The notes beneath the pieces are model-generated. The model searched no databases and had not been told where the DNA came from. It saw nothing but the letters and a program-made list of their open reading frames with translations. Of a DNA stretch of 54,664 nt, positions 39,009 through 48,221 are shown in pieces (position 1 is the stretch's first letter; every line of letters starts with the position of its first letter). Origin of the DNA: Nitrospirota bacterium. Its GTDB lineage: Bacteria; Nitrospirota; Thermodesulfovibrionia; Thermodesulfovibrionales; JdFR-86. Both the position numbers and the translations under genes were made by a program. The stretch spans positions 1-54,664 of the forward strand of contig JARRLN010000011.1 in NCBI GenBank assembly GCA_037386965.1, in the 5' to 3' direction.

Positions 39009-40646
39009 GGAGGCCGGTGAGGCCTTCTCCCGGAAGGTTATCCTGAAGGACGTCCCCCCGTCGCTTTGCACCTCAAGCCTCCCGCCGAGCTGCTCCGCCA
39101 GGGAGCAGACGAGCTGCATCCCCAGGGTCTCGGTGCGGCGGACGTCAAGGCCCGCGGGAAGGCCCGCCCCGGTGTCCCGGACGAGAAGCTCGTAGCTGTT
39201 TTCGTCCTCCTGCCGGAGACTGATGCGCACCTCCCCGGTCCTGCCTTCGGGAAAGGCGTGCTTCAGGGCGTTGCTGATGAGCTCGTTCAGGATAAGGCCG
39301 CAGGGGATGATGGTGTCGACGTCCAGGGAGACGGGAGGCACGTCGATGACGAGGTTGACGTTGGAGGCGTCGGTGCTGTAGGAGCGGAAGAGGTAGACGG
39401 CCAGGTTGCGGATGTAGTCCCTGAGGTCGATGCTGGCCATGTCCGCGGACTGATAAAGCTTCTCATGGATGAGGCTCATGGAGCGCACCCTGTCGCGGCT
39501 CTCCCTGAAGAGGTCCCGGGCCTCCCGGTCCTTCAGCTGCGCGGACTGGAGCCTCAGGAGGCTGGATATCATCAGCAGGTTGTTCTTGACCCGGTGGTAG
39601 ACCTCCTTGAGAAGGATTTCCTTTTCTCTGACCGATTCGCGCAGGCGTGCCTCCACCTGCTCCCGTCCGCTCATCTCGGCCCGGAGCCTCTTGTTCGCCT
39701 CGCTCAGCTCCCGGGTGCGTTCGCCCACGATACGCTCCAGCTCGTCCCGGGCCCGGGCCTGCTCTTCCTCCTTGAGCTTGCGCGCGGTGACGTCCTGAAG
39801 CTGCATCAGATACCCATAGTCCCGCAGGTCCGGCCCCAGCGGGGCAATGTGCATCTCCACGTAAAGGACCCCGGACTTCCGGCTCCGGACCTGGCGCTCC
39901 TTCTTCTCCCTTTCCAGGTCGAAGGGGACGGTGAAGGAGACCTTCTTGCCCTCCAGGAGCTTGCCCTTTGCCTTTGCCGGGATGTGCGGGTCGTCGAAGA
40001 GCTTGACCCGCCTCATCTCGAAGGGCTCCCGGACGCCGAAGATGTCCAGGCTCGCCCTGTTGGCATAGAGAAGCCAGCCCTCCCGGTCATACAGCTCCAC
40101 CCCCAGGGGCGACTGGTCATAGATGCTCCGGAACCTCTCCTCGCTTTCCCGGAGGGCCTCCTCGGCCGTGACCCGCTCGGTTATGTCGGAGAAGCTCGCC
40201 ACCAGGGAGCCCTGGCGCAAGCGGCGGGCGGAGACGGAGAGCCACCCCCGGAAGCTCTCGCAGTAGAGTTCCACCTGCAGGGGCTCCGCCGAGCGGGACG
40301 CATCGGCCAGGAAGTTCCTCCAGCCCCCCTCCAGGCCCCGCACCGGGGGCAGCATCTCCGGAGCGCTCCTGCCCCGCACCCTGTCGGGGGAAAGGCCCGT
40401 TAGGCTCTCGAAGGCGGGGTTTACGTCCAGAAAGACAAAGTCCCGGGGGCGGCCCCTCTCGTCTTCGAGGACCTGAAACGTGGCGATGCCGTTGATGGCA
40501 TGCTCAAAAAGGGGACCGGCTGCGGCGGACGGGGCGCGGGTCTCCGGTCCGCCGGGGGGTGGCCCCGCACCGAGGGCCCTCTCCTCCAGGTCCCGCACCC
40601 GCCGCCTGAGACGGATGAGCTGTGTCAGGAACTGTTCATTGGTCAT
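39003..40646 (-). CDS. Cytoplasmic PAS-PAS histidine kinase (HisKA_2)
   Basis: Two PAS domains; KEVYHRVKNNL H-box; ELISNALKH, VRDTGAG, GMQLV. Confidence 0.9.
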   Translation of the reverse strand: MTNEQFLTQLIRLRRRVRDLEERALGAGPPPGGPETRAPSAAAGPLFEHAINGIATFQVLEDERGRPRDFVFLDVNPAFESLTGLSPDRVRGRSAPEMLPPVRGLEGGWRNFLADASRSAEPLQVELYCESFRGWLSVSARRLRQGSLVASFSDITERVTAEEALRESEERFRSIYDQSPLGVELYDREGWLLYANRASLDIFGVREPFEMRRVKLFDDPHIPAKAKGKLLEGKKVSFTVPFDLEREKKERQVRSRKSGVLYVEMHIAPLGPDLRDYGYLMQLQDVTARKLKEEEQARARDELERIVGERTRELSEANKRLRAEMSGREQVEARLRESVREKEILLKEVYHRVKNNLLMISSLLRLQSAQLKDREARDLFRESRDRVRSMSLIHEKLYQSADMASIDLRDYIRNLAVYLFRSYSTDASNVNLVIDVPPVSLDVDTIIPCGLILNELISNALKHAFPEGRTGEVRISLRQEDENSYELLVRDTGAGLPAGLDVRRTETLGMQLVCSLAEQLGGRLEVQSDGGTSFRITFREKASPASS

Positions 40647-40851
40647 GGGCGCTTGAGCTCCTTCGATGAGGAAAACCGCCGTACGAACGCGAAAACCCAA
40701 CCCCCGGGCCGCCTCCCGCGCGCACGATGCCACGGGAAGCGGACATGCGCATATTATAGTTCATTTCCCCGGCACGAAAAAGCCCGAGGAGAAGGCAGGT
40801 CTTTTCCCCCCGGGATGCGCCGGAGGGCGAAGACAAGGAAGAGAAGGCCCC

Positions 40852-42267
40852 TTACCGGTCCGGCCGCCCCTCGGCGAAGGTTATCCTCACTTCCGTGCCC
40901 TGGCCGGAGCGGATGTCCATGGCGCCGTCCAACTGCTCAAGCAGCGAGGAGACGAGCTCCATCCCCAGGGTGCCGGTCTCCCCGGGGGCGAAGCCCTGGG
41001 GCATCCCCACGCCGTCGTCCCGGACGGAAAGCGTGAGCCGCCCCCCCTCCACACGGGCAAACCCCACCGAGACGCGCCCCCGGCGCCCACCGGGGAAAGC
41101 GTGCTTGAGGGCGTTGCCCAGAAGCTCGTTGAGGATGAGGCCGCAGGGAATCATGGTGTCGATGTCGAGGAAGACGTCCTCCGGCACGTTTATCTCCAGG
41201 GCGACCTCCGAGGTGCGGTACGACTCGAAGAGCTCCCGGGCCAGGCTGCCGATGTAGTCCCGCACGTCCACCCGCACCGGGTCCTCCGAGCGGTAGAGCT
41301 TCTCGTGTATGAGGGACATGGAAAGGACGCGGTTTCTGCTCTCCTCAAAAAGGTCCCGGGTCTCGCGGTCCTTGCTCCGGCCGGACTGAAGCCTCAGGAG
41401 GCTCGAGACCACCGAGAGGTTGTTCTTCACCCGGTGGTGTATCTCCTTGATAAGGGTCTCCTTCTCCCTGATGCTCTGGCGAAGCTGCTCCTCCATCCGC
41501 CGCCTTTCGGTGACGTCCCGGATGACCCCCACCATGGCCATGGGCTCCCCCAGGACGTCGGCGACAATTGAGGTGCTGAGCCAGATGGGAAAATCCCGTC
41601 CCCGGCAGTGCCGCACCATCACCTCCCCCTCCCAGCGCCCCTTCTCGAGCAGCGCGGGCAGGATGACCCGCTCGGCAAAGGAGGGGTCGGCGTTCATCCG
41701 GCCCACCGGCATTCCCACGAGCTCCTCCGGGGGAAAGCCGTAGATGTCCTGGACCGCCTTGTTCGAGTAGAGAATGCGCCCGTCCAGGTCCACGAGCTGG
41801 ATGCCGTCGGGGGCCTCCTCCACCGCGGCGGAGAAGAGCTTGAGGGCTTCCTCCGCGCGCTTGCGCTCCGTTATGTCCTCGAGCAGGCCCACGGCGAAAA
41901 GGGGCTTCCCCGCCTCTCCGGTGATGAGACAGACCGAGAGGTTGCCCCAGAGCAGGGAGCCGTCTTTCCTGACGCACCGCTTCTCCCTGCGGTAGCTCGA
42001 AAGTTTGCCGGCGGCCAGGTCCTGGAAGAAAGCCATGTCCTTCTCCCTGTCCTCCGGATGCGTGAAGGCCAGGAAGCTCATGCCCTCCAGTTCCGACGCA
42101 CTATAGCCCAGGATGCCCTCAAGAGCGGGGTTGCATTGGATGAGCTTCCCCGTGAGGTCCACGATGCCCATTCCGGCGGGCAGGTTCTCGAAAACCGCTC
42201 TGAAGTGCGCCTCGCCTTGCGGAAAAGGCGCTTCCGGGCCCTTTTCATCCCCCGGTGCCCCTGAAAT
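40852..42267 (-). CDS. Cytoplasmic PAS-PAS histidine kinase (HisKA_2); start uncertain (ATG 42171 or ATT 42267)
   Basis: KEIHHRVKNNL, ELLGNALKH, VRDDGVG; PAS N-cap FRAVFENLPAG is encoded in frame upstream of ATG 42171. Confidence 0.85.
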   Translation of the reverse strand: MSGAPGDEKGPEAPFPQGEAHFRAVFENLPAGMGIVDLTGKLIQCNPALEGILGYSASELEGMSFLAFTHPEDREKDMAFFQDLAAGKLSSYRREKRCVRKDGSLLWGNLSVCLITGEAGKPLFAVGLLEDITERKRAEEALKLFSAAVEEAPDGIQLVDLDGRILYSNKAVQDIYGFPPEELVGMPVGRMNADPSFAERVILPALLEKGRWEGEVMVRHCRGRDFPIWLSTSIVADVLGEPMAMVGVIRDVTERRRMEEQLRQSIREKETLIKEIHHRVKNNLSVVSSLLRLQSGRSKDRETRDLFEESRNRVLSMSLIHEKLYRSEDPVRVDVRDYIGSLARELFESYRTSEVALEINVPEDVFLDIDTMIPCGLILNELLGNALKHAFPGGRRGRVSVGFARVEGGRLTLSVRDDGVGMPQGFAPGETGTLGMELVSSLLEQLDGAMDIRSGQGTEVRITFAEGRPDR

Positions 42268-42359
42268 CTTCCTCCCCCCCTTCGTCTCTCCCCGGTATCG
42301 ACTTTCGGGAGATATTATAAATTAATATTTTCAATTTTGGAAATACAATAAAATGCGGC

Positions 42360-42677
42360 TCACGGCCGGGTCACCTCCTTCATCCACTTGAGATATTCCC
42401 GCAAGCCCAGCCGTATGGGCAGGGCGATGACCTCGGGGACCGCGTAGCTGTGAAGCTCCCGCACCCTGTCTGCCAGCGCCTCGAAGAGGTGCTCGCCGGT
42501 CTTGACCACCATGAGCGCTTCCGCCTCGCTCTGCACCTCGCCCTCCCAGGTGAATATCGAGCGGACATTGCCCAGGATGTTCACGCAGGCGGCCAGCTTC
42601 TCCTCTACCAGGGCCCGGCCGATGCGGGCTGCTTCCTCCTCGCTCGCAGTGGTGACCAGGACCACAAGGGATTGCAT
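42360..42677 (-). CDS. cutA: Divalent-cation tolerance protein CutA
   Basis: LVEEKLAACVN, SIFTWEG, HSYAVPEVIALP. Confidence 0.93.
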   Translation of the reverse strand: MQSLVVLVTTASEEEAARIGRALVEEKLAACVNILGNVRSIFTWEGEVQSEAEALMVVKTGEHLFEALADRVRELHSYAVPEVIALPIRLGLREYLKWMKEVTRP

Positions 42678-42725
42678 GACGACCTCCTTTCCTTGCCCGT
42701 TTCTACAGAGGCCTCGACCGATGCC

Positions 42726-43859
42726 CTAAAGGGCGAGGGTGCCTTCCCGGAGAAGGCTTCGCCGCTCCCCCGTCCCGAGGGTCAGGACCACCGTGGGGCC
42801 GAAGAAGACGAAGTCCTGGTGAAAGGGCGTTTTCACCCTGCCGCCGAAGGCGCTGTTGTCCCCGAGGGCCACGTGCACGGTGCCCAGTATCTTCTCCGAC
42901 TCCAGAATGTTGTCCGCCCGGGAGGCCCTGTCGTTGGTGCCCACGCCGAACTCGGCGACGTTGGCGTTCTCCTCTCTCTCCGAGAGCCGCCCAGCCAGGG
43001 TGGAGGCGAACTCCTCCCGGCCCTCTATGTGCCTCACCCGTCCGCCCTCCACCTGGAGGGTGACCGGGGAGGCAAGTTTCCGCGTGGGCGCCCAGAGGAG
43101 GACGAGCCTGCCCCGGGCCGTTCCTTCCAGGGGAGCGAGGTAGGCCTCCCCGGCCGGAAGGTTTCCGAAGGAGCCGGGCTCCGAGAGAAGCCCCGTATCG
43201 GCCTCGCCCTCACGGCCGCCGGTGGAGAAGGTCAGCGAGGTGCCTTCCGGCGTCGTTACCTGCACCTGGCGGGCCGCCCCCAGGAGGGCCGCCACCGCAC
43301 GGGTCCTTCGGGCCATGGCCTGCCAGTCCACCAGCATGGGGCCCGAAAGCATTTCTTCGTCGAAAAGCGGCATGCTCGCAAACCGGGCCCCTGCAAGGCG
43401 GGTGAGAAAGCGCCGGAAGGCCGTGTGGCTGGTGGAGTAGTGCGAAAGGGCGGCCACGGCCTGGACGGCCTCCCCCCGGGCGGAAAGCAATATCTCCTCC
43501 GCCCGGGCCAGGCCCTCCTCCGGGAGGGTCTTGGCGATGAGCGGAGCCAGAAGGCCGGCGTCCCGGAGCGCATCCACCGCCCTGTCGCCGAAGGCGGCCC
43601 GCCAGAGCTCCGAGGGGGGCTCGGCCCCGTGGCTTCCGGTGGCCCCGAACTCGACGTACCGCACCTGGGCCCCGAAGTCCTCCCTGCCCACCCGGGCAAG
43701 GCGCCGGGCCAGGGCCGGAAGGCGCCGCCTTTGCTCCCGCTCCTTTTCCTCGAGGTTTTCCTCCGGGGAGGGAAGGTCCGTGAAGACCAGGACGCGCTCC
43801 GCCCGCCTGAGAGCGAGGTTTACGCCGAATATTGCGTGCAAGGCATCGTCCCGAGGCAC
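42726..43859 (-). CDS. M29/aminopeptidase-T-like metallopeptidase family protein
   Basis: GNLPAGEAY, VAEFGVGTN, ESEKILGTVHVALGDN, HQDFV; GTG start after SD GGAGGAGG. Confidence 0.8.
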   Translation of the reverse strand: MPRDDALHAIFGVNLALRRAERVLVFTDLPSPEENLEEKEREQRRRLPALARRLARVGREDFGAQVRYVEFGATGSHGAEPPSELWRAAFGDRAVDALRDAGLLAPLIAKTLPEEGLARAEEILLSARGEAVQAVAALSHYSTSHTAFRRFLTRLAGARFASMPLFDEEMLSGPMLVDWQAMARRTRAVAALLGAARQVQVTTPEGTSLTFSTGGREGEADTGLLSEPGSFGNLPAGEAYLAPLEGTARGRLVLLWAPTRKLASPVTLQVEGGRVRHIEGREEFASTLAGRLSEREENANVAEFGVGTNDRASRADNILESEKILGTVHVALGDNSAFGGRVKTPFHQDFVFFGPTVVLTLGTGERRSLLREGTLAL

Positions 43860-43897
43860 CGCCTCCTCCCCGTGAAGGCTTTCCGGATACGGGTAGT

Positions 43898-44722
43898 TTA
43901 CCCCATTTCGGGAGGGGAAGGGGTCGGCGGCCGGCGGCGCACTATCTCCCTGTACAGAAGGGGCCGCCGGTTGGGGTAAATCGTCTCCTCCCGCCTCCAC
44001 CGGGTGACCTCCTCCAGGTCGAGCCTCACGCGAAGGACGGTCTCCTCCATGCCCGCGCTGGCCAAAAGGTCCCCCCGGGGGCCGAAGACCGCGCTGTGGC
44101 CGGAGAAGAAGTCTCCCGCCCGGTTTGCATACAGGACGAAGACCTCGTTGAAGATGGCCGCCCCCCGAAGACGCCTCCACATGTACCGGACCGGAAAGGT
44201 GGCGGGCACGGCCGATATGTTGGCGATGACAGGAACGCCGGTGAGGGCGAGGGCGCGCCAGACCTCCGAGAAGGCGCCGTCGAAGCAGATGTTGACTCCC
44301 ACCTTGCCGAAGGGTGTCTGAAAGCTCTTCAGGCGCCTGCCGGGCACGAACTGCTCGGTCCAGTGCACGTGTGTCTTCGCATACCGGTCCACGCCGTGGC
44401 GGTCCACATAGGTGGCCACGTTATAGAAGCGCTCGCCCCTGCGCCGGACCTCCCCGATGATGACGCGGGCGTCCACGTCTTTGACAAAGCCGTAAAACTC
44501 CTCCGAGACGGAGCTGTGCCAGGCCTTCATCCGCCTGTAGAGAAACCCCGCGGGCCTCTCATCGGAGGGGTGCCCGTGCAGGATGAGCTCGGGAAAGACA
44601 ATCAGGTCGCACTCGCGGTTCTCCCTGACCACGTCCTTGAGGCGGGCCACGTGGCCGGCCAGATCCGCGGAGTTGTAGCTCGTCTGCACCAGGGCGACCG
44701 TGAGCTTCACGGGCCGCCTCAT
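43898..44722 (-). CDS. Carbon-nitrogen hydrolase (nitrilase family)
   Basis: FPEL, YAKTHVHWTE, ICFDGAFSE triad; TGATG coupling with asnB. Confidence 0.88.
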   Translation of the reverse strand: MRRPVKLTVALVQTSYNSADLAGHVARLKDVVRENRECDLIVFPELILHGHPSDERPAGFLYRRMKAWHSSVSEEFYGFVKDVDARVIIGEVRRRGERFYNVATYVDRHGVDRYAKTHVHWTEQFVPGRRLKSFQTPFGKVGVNICFDGAFSEVWRALALTGVPVIANISAVPATFPVRYMWRRLRGAAIFNEVFVLYANRAGDFFSGHSAVFGPRGDLLASAGMEETVLRVRLDLEEVTRWRREETIYPNRRPLLYREIVRRRPPTPSPPEMG

Positions 44723-46347
44723 CAGGCCACCAGGAAAGGCTGCACGTACCGCTCCCTGATGTCTTCCTCTATCTGCTGCAGGTACGAGCGGGTGAGGGCT
44801 TCGCCGTACATCTCCTCTTCGTACCGGTAGAGGCTGCCCTTGTCCCGCTTGAGGTTCTTCTCCACCAGGGTCTTGTCTATCTGGCCGGCCTTGCCCTTGG
44901 CGATGTTCTCGATGATGCCGTGGATGCCGGAGCCGGACTGGGCCGGGTCCTTGGCCCGGAAGGCCAGGTAGGGGGGCACGCCCAGCTCCACGGCGGCCTG
45001 GCGGTGGACCCTCTTTCTGAGGTTGTCCTCCCACCCCTCCAGCTTGAGCCGCGGCGAGATGCGCATGGCCGTGCGGATGACGTCCCTGTCCAGGTAGGGG
45101 GCCCGAAGCTCGATGGAATGGGCCATGGTCAGCTTGTCCTCGCGCTCCAGGGTGTCGGTGTACAGGTAGTTCAGGTCTTCCCAGAGCTTCTCGTGCAGCC
45201 GGAGATAGCCGTACTTCCTCAGCACCTCGTTGTACCAGGGATAGCCGGCAAACAGCTCGTCGGCCGCCTGTCCGGTGTACATGACCCTGATGCCGTCCTC
45301 CGCGGCCATCCGGGCCGCCAGGTACATGGGGATGGCCACTTCCACCTGAAGGAGGCCTCCCTCCTCGACGTTGCGTATGATCTCGGGCACCAGGGCCTCC
45401 ACCATCGCCTCGTCGATGATGGTGGTCTTCAGGGGCAGCCCCAGGTCCCCGGCCACCGCACGGGCGGCCACGATGTCGCCGGAGTCCTCGGTCCCGGTGC
45501 AGTAGCAGATGACGTTCTTGCCCTCCCGCTGAAGGAGCTTGGCCACCAGGACGGAGTCTATGCCCCCGGAGAAAATCACCCCCAGATGGCTCTCCATCAA
45601 CCCCTCGAGGCGCTTCGCCACGGCCCTGAGCAGCATGACCTTGTACCGCTCCACGGCCTCCCGGAACTCCACGACGTCTATCTGGGGAAACTGAAGGGGG
45701 AAGCCCTCGTGCACCTCCGCCCCCTCTTCGGTAATGGAGAGCAGCCCCCCGGGGTGAAGCCTCCGGGGCTCGGTCATCCGGTTCCAGAGGGCCTTCTTCT
45801 CCGAGGCGAAGTAGGTGACGGACTTGTTGGTCAGGTAGTACAGGGGCTTCTTGCCTATGCTGTCGCGGGCGGCCACGATGTCCTTGCCGTCGGTGACGGC
45901 CAGGGAGTACATGCCGTCCAGGAGCCCCACCACCTTGCTCACGGCGTCCAGAAGGTCCCCCCGGTAGGTTTCCTCCAGCAGGTGGACGAAGACCTCGCTG
46001 TCGCTCGTGGTGCGAAACTCGTGGTGGCGAAGGAGAAGGGACTTGAGCTTCCGGTAATTGTATATCTCCCCATTATGGATGAGGGCCAGGCGCCCGTCGC
46101 AGGAGAGGAAGGGCTGGGTGGTCTTCTCTTGCCCCACGATCTTCAGGCGGGAATGTCCCAGGGCGATGCGGCTTTCCCGCTTGAGCGCCCCCTTCAGGTC
46201 GTCCACGGCTTCCCCCCTGGTCACCTCTTCGTCGAGGTAGACGCCGTGGGTGTCGGGCCCCCGGTGCTCCATCTTCTTCAGCATATCGAAGACGTCGGTG
46301 GAGGCTATGGCCTCCCCATGGGCAAAGTGTCCGCAAATGGTACACAT
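44722..46347 (-). CDS. asnB: AsnB-like glutamine-hydrolysing amidotransferase
   Basis: Cys2 (MCTICG), HRGPD, HNGEIYNY, ARDSIGKKPLYY, FSGGIDS, GQAADELFAGY, ELRAPYLD. Confidence 0.8.
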   Translation of the reverse strand: MCTICGHFAHGEAIASTDVFDMLKKMEHRGPDTHGVYLDEEVTRGEAVDDLKGALKRESRIALGHSRLKIVGQEKTTQPFLSCDGRLALIHNGEIYNYRKLKSLLLRHHEFRTTSDSEVFVHLLEETYRGDLLDAVSKVVGLLDGMYSLAVTDGKDIVAARDSIGKKPLYYLTNKSVTYFASEKKALWNRMTEPRRLHPGGLLSITEEGAEVHEGFPLQFPQIDVVEFREAVERYKVMLLRAVAKRLEGLMESHLGVIFSGGIDSVLVAKLLQREGKNVICYCTGTEDSGDIVAARAVAGDLGLPLKTTIIDEAMVEALVPEIIRNVEEGGLLQVEVAIPMYLAARMAAEDGIRVMYTGQAADELFAGYPWYNEVLRKYGYLRLHEKLWEDLNYLYTDTLEREDKLTMAHSIELRAPYLDRDVIRTAMRISPRLKLEGWEDNLRKRVHRQAAVELGVPPYLAFRAKDPAQSGSGIHGIIENIAKGKAGQIDKTLVEKNLKRDKGSLYRYEEEMYGEALTRSYLQQIEEDIRERYVQPFLVA

Positions 46348-46500
46348 GAAAAAAACGACCTCCTTTTCTTTTTTCGAAAGGGAAAGACGCAGGCCTTGTC
46401 GCGGAGAGTGTCACGGGGGAGTGCGCCTCCCTGTGGCAAAAAATTTAAGTATTATACCATCTTTGGGGCGACTTTGTCACACCCCAGGACGGGGGCGCTG

Positions 46501-47790
46501 CTAAGGAGCTTTCGCGGAGTCCTCCGGGGCGAGGACACTGGGGGTAATGAAGACCAGGAGCTCCCTGGCCTCCTCGTCCCTGCTCTGCCTCTTGAAGAGC
46601 CATCCGAGCAAGGGGATGCGGGAAAGGAAGGGGACTCTGCTCTCCCTCTGGGACGTGTTTTGTACCTTGATGCCGCCGATGACCACCGTGGTCCCCTCAT
46701 CCACCAGAAGCTCGGTCCGCACCGTGCGGGAGAGCTTCGGCGGGAAACCCTCCACCTCGCGGGAGAAGTCGAACTCCTCGCGTTTGGCCTCTATCGTAAG
46801 GGCCACCACGTCGCCCCCCACCAGGCGGGGCGTGACCGAAAGCTCCAGGTTGGCCGCGAAGGTCTCGGCCCGGCTCTTCGGGGGGGCCTGCCCGGTCTGG
46901 ATGAGGGTCTGGGTCTCCAGGGTGGGTATGAGCAGTTCGGTCCCCGTGGTGATGCGGGCCTCCCGGTTGTTGAGCACCATCACCCGGGGGCTTGACAGTA
47001 TCCTGGCCGAGCCCTCCTCTTGCAAGGCCGCCAGCGTGAGGTTCACCGAGACCGTATCGGTGAGGAGGCCGAAGCCCAGCGTGAGGCCCTCCTCGGTGCC
47101 GGGCGGCAGGTTGACGGCCGCCGAGCCCTCCACCGAGCCCAGAGAGCCGAAAACGTCACCGGACTCTTCGCTGACGGTGCCGTTCCACTCTATGCCCAGG
47201 TCCCGGGACCGGGAGCTCTCGATTTCCACGATCTTGGCCTCTATGACGACCTGTTCCGGCCGCCTGTCCAGGCTCTCCAGGTACTCCGCCACCCGGGCGG
47301 TCGCCAGGGGGATGTCCTTGACCAGAAGGCAGTTGTTGGCCCGCACGGCGGAGACACTGCCCCGCCTGCTCAGGAGCCCCCGCACCGAAGCCACCACGTC
47401 CTCGGTCAAGGTGACATAGCGGAGGTGGAACTCGCGGACCTCCGTCTCCTGCTCCTCCCCCTGGAGCTTGCCCATGGGCTCGATAAGCAGGAGACTGCCT
47501 CCCTTTGAGAGGCGGTACGTGTAGTGCCGGGCCGAAAGGAGAGCGCCCAGGAGGTCCCAGAGGGGCACGTCATGGACGTCCACCGTGACCCTTCCCTCGA
47601 GCCCCTCGTCCATGACCATGCTGAGCCCGTGCGCCTCGCCCAGGCGTGTGAGCAGCTCCCGGATGTCCATGTTGGTGCCCTTGACCGTGACCAGGGGGCC
47701 CCGGTCCTGGGCAAGGGCCGGGCCGCCTCCGGGGCCCTGCGCCAGAAGAAATAAAAGCAGACCAAGCCCCCAGAGGACCGTTCCCCTCAC
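46501..47790 (-). CDS. Outer-membrane secretin (PilQ/GspD family, STN + secretin-N + secretin)
   Basis: LDRRPEQVVIEAKIVE, ILSSPRVMVLNNREA, TVVIGGI, RVPFLSRIPLLGWLFK, ELLVFITP. Confidence 0.93.
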   Translation of the reverse strand: MRGTVLWGLGLLLFLLAQGPGGGPALAQDRGPLVTVKGTNMDIRELLTRLGEAHGLSMVMDEGLEGRVTVDVHDVPLWDLLGALLSARHYTYRLSKGGSLLLIEPMGKLQGEEQETEVREFHLRYVTLTEDVVASVRGLLSRRGSVSAVRANNCLLVKDIPLATARVAEYLESLDRRPEQVVIEAKIVEIESSRSRDLGIEWNGTVSEESGDVFGSLGSVEGSAAVNLPPGTEEGLTLGFGLLTDTVSVNLTLAALQEEGSARILSSPRVMVLNNREARITTGTELLIPTLETQTLIQTGQAPPKSRAETFAANLELSVTPRLVGGDVVALTIEAKREEFDFSREVEGFPPKLSRTVRTELLVDEGTTVVIGGIKVQNTSQRESRVPFLSRIPLLGWLFKRQSRDEEARELLVFITPSVLAPEDSAKAP

Positions 47791-47849
47791 TCCGTTTCCC
47801 CCCGATGCCAGAGACGAGCCCTTGAGGCGGTTCCTATAAAAAATCTTTC

Positions 47850-47864
47850 CTGAAACCGTTTCAG
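47850..47864. promoter_or_regulatory. Perfect 7-1-7 palindrome upstream of the secretin
   Basis: CTGAAAC-C-GTTTCAG, 60 nt upstream of the GTG. Confidence 0.45.
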
Positions 47865-47991
47865 ACGCCGTATTTTACACAACGCACGGAAAAAAATCGA
47901 CCCCTCGACCGGGGCGCCTCACAAAATATAACCGCTTTTCCGGCCTTTCGCATCTGGATGCGCACCTGGCTGACACAATGCGGAGACCCCG

Positions 47992-48102
47992 ATGCCCGGG
48001 GTGCCCACCGGGCTCAGGGGCTACGGCAAGGCTTCCGGAGGGATGGCGGACATGCGCACCTCCGCCGTGCCCCTCGGCCAGAAGGGACCCCGTGACCTGT
48101 AA
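47992..48102 (+). CDS. Candidate 36-aa small protein
   Basis: MPGVPTGLRGYGKASGGMADMRTSAVPLGQKGPRDL; SD GGAG 6 nt upstream; G/C at 31 of 35 third positions after the ATG. Confidence 0.35.
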   Translation: MPGVPTGLRGYGKASGGMADMRTSAVPLGQKGPRDL

Positions 48103-48221
48103 GACATGCCCCCGGGGAGGTTGAGAAAGCTCAGGGACAAGATCGGGGAGGGGGCGGGGATGTGAAAAAAGCCGGAGCCTCCTCGGGGAAGGCGGGCTCT
48201 TTCAGATAAGACACCTTTTCC

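Noticed and set aside
47978-48124. 48-aa Cys-rich ORF (CPGC..CKTC)
   Set aside because: Poor third-position GC and no SD; the overlapping 47992 frame looks more coding-like.
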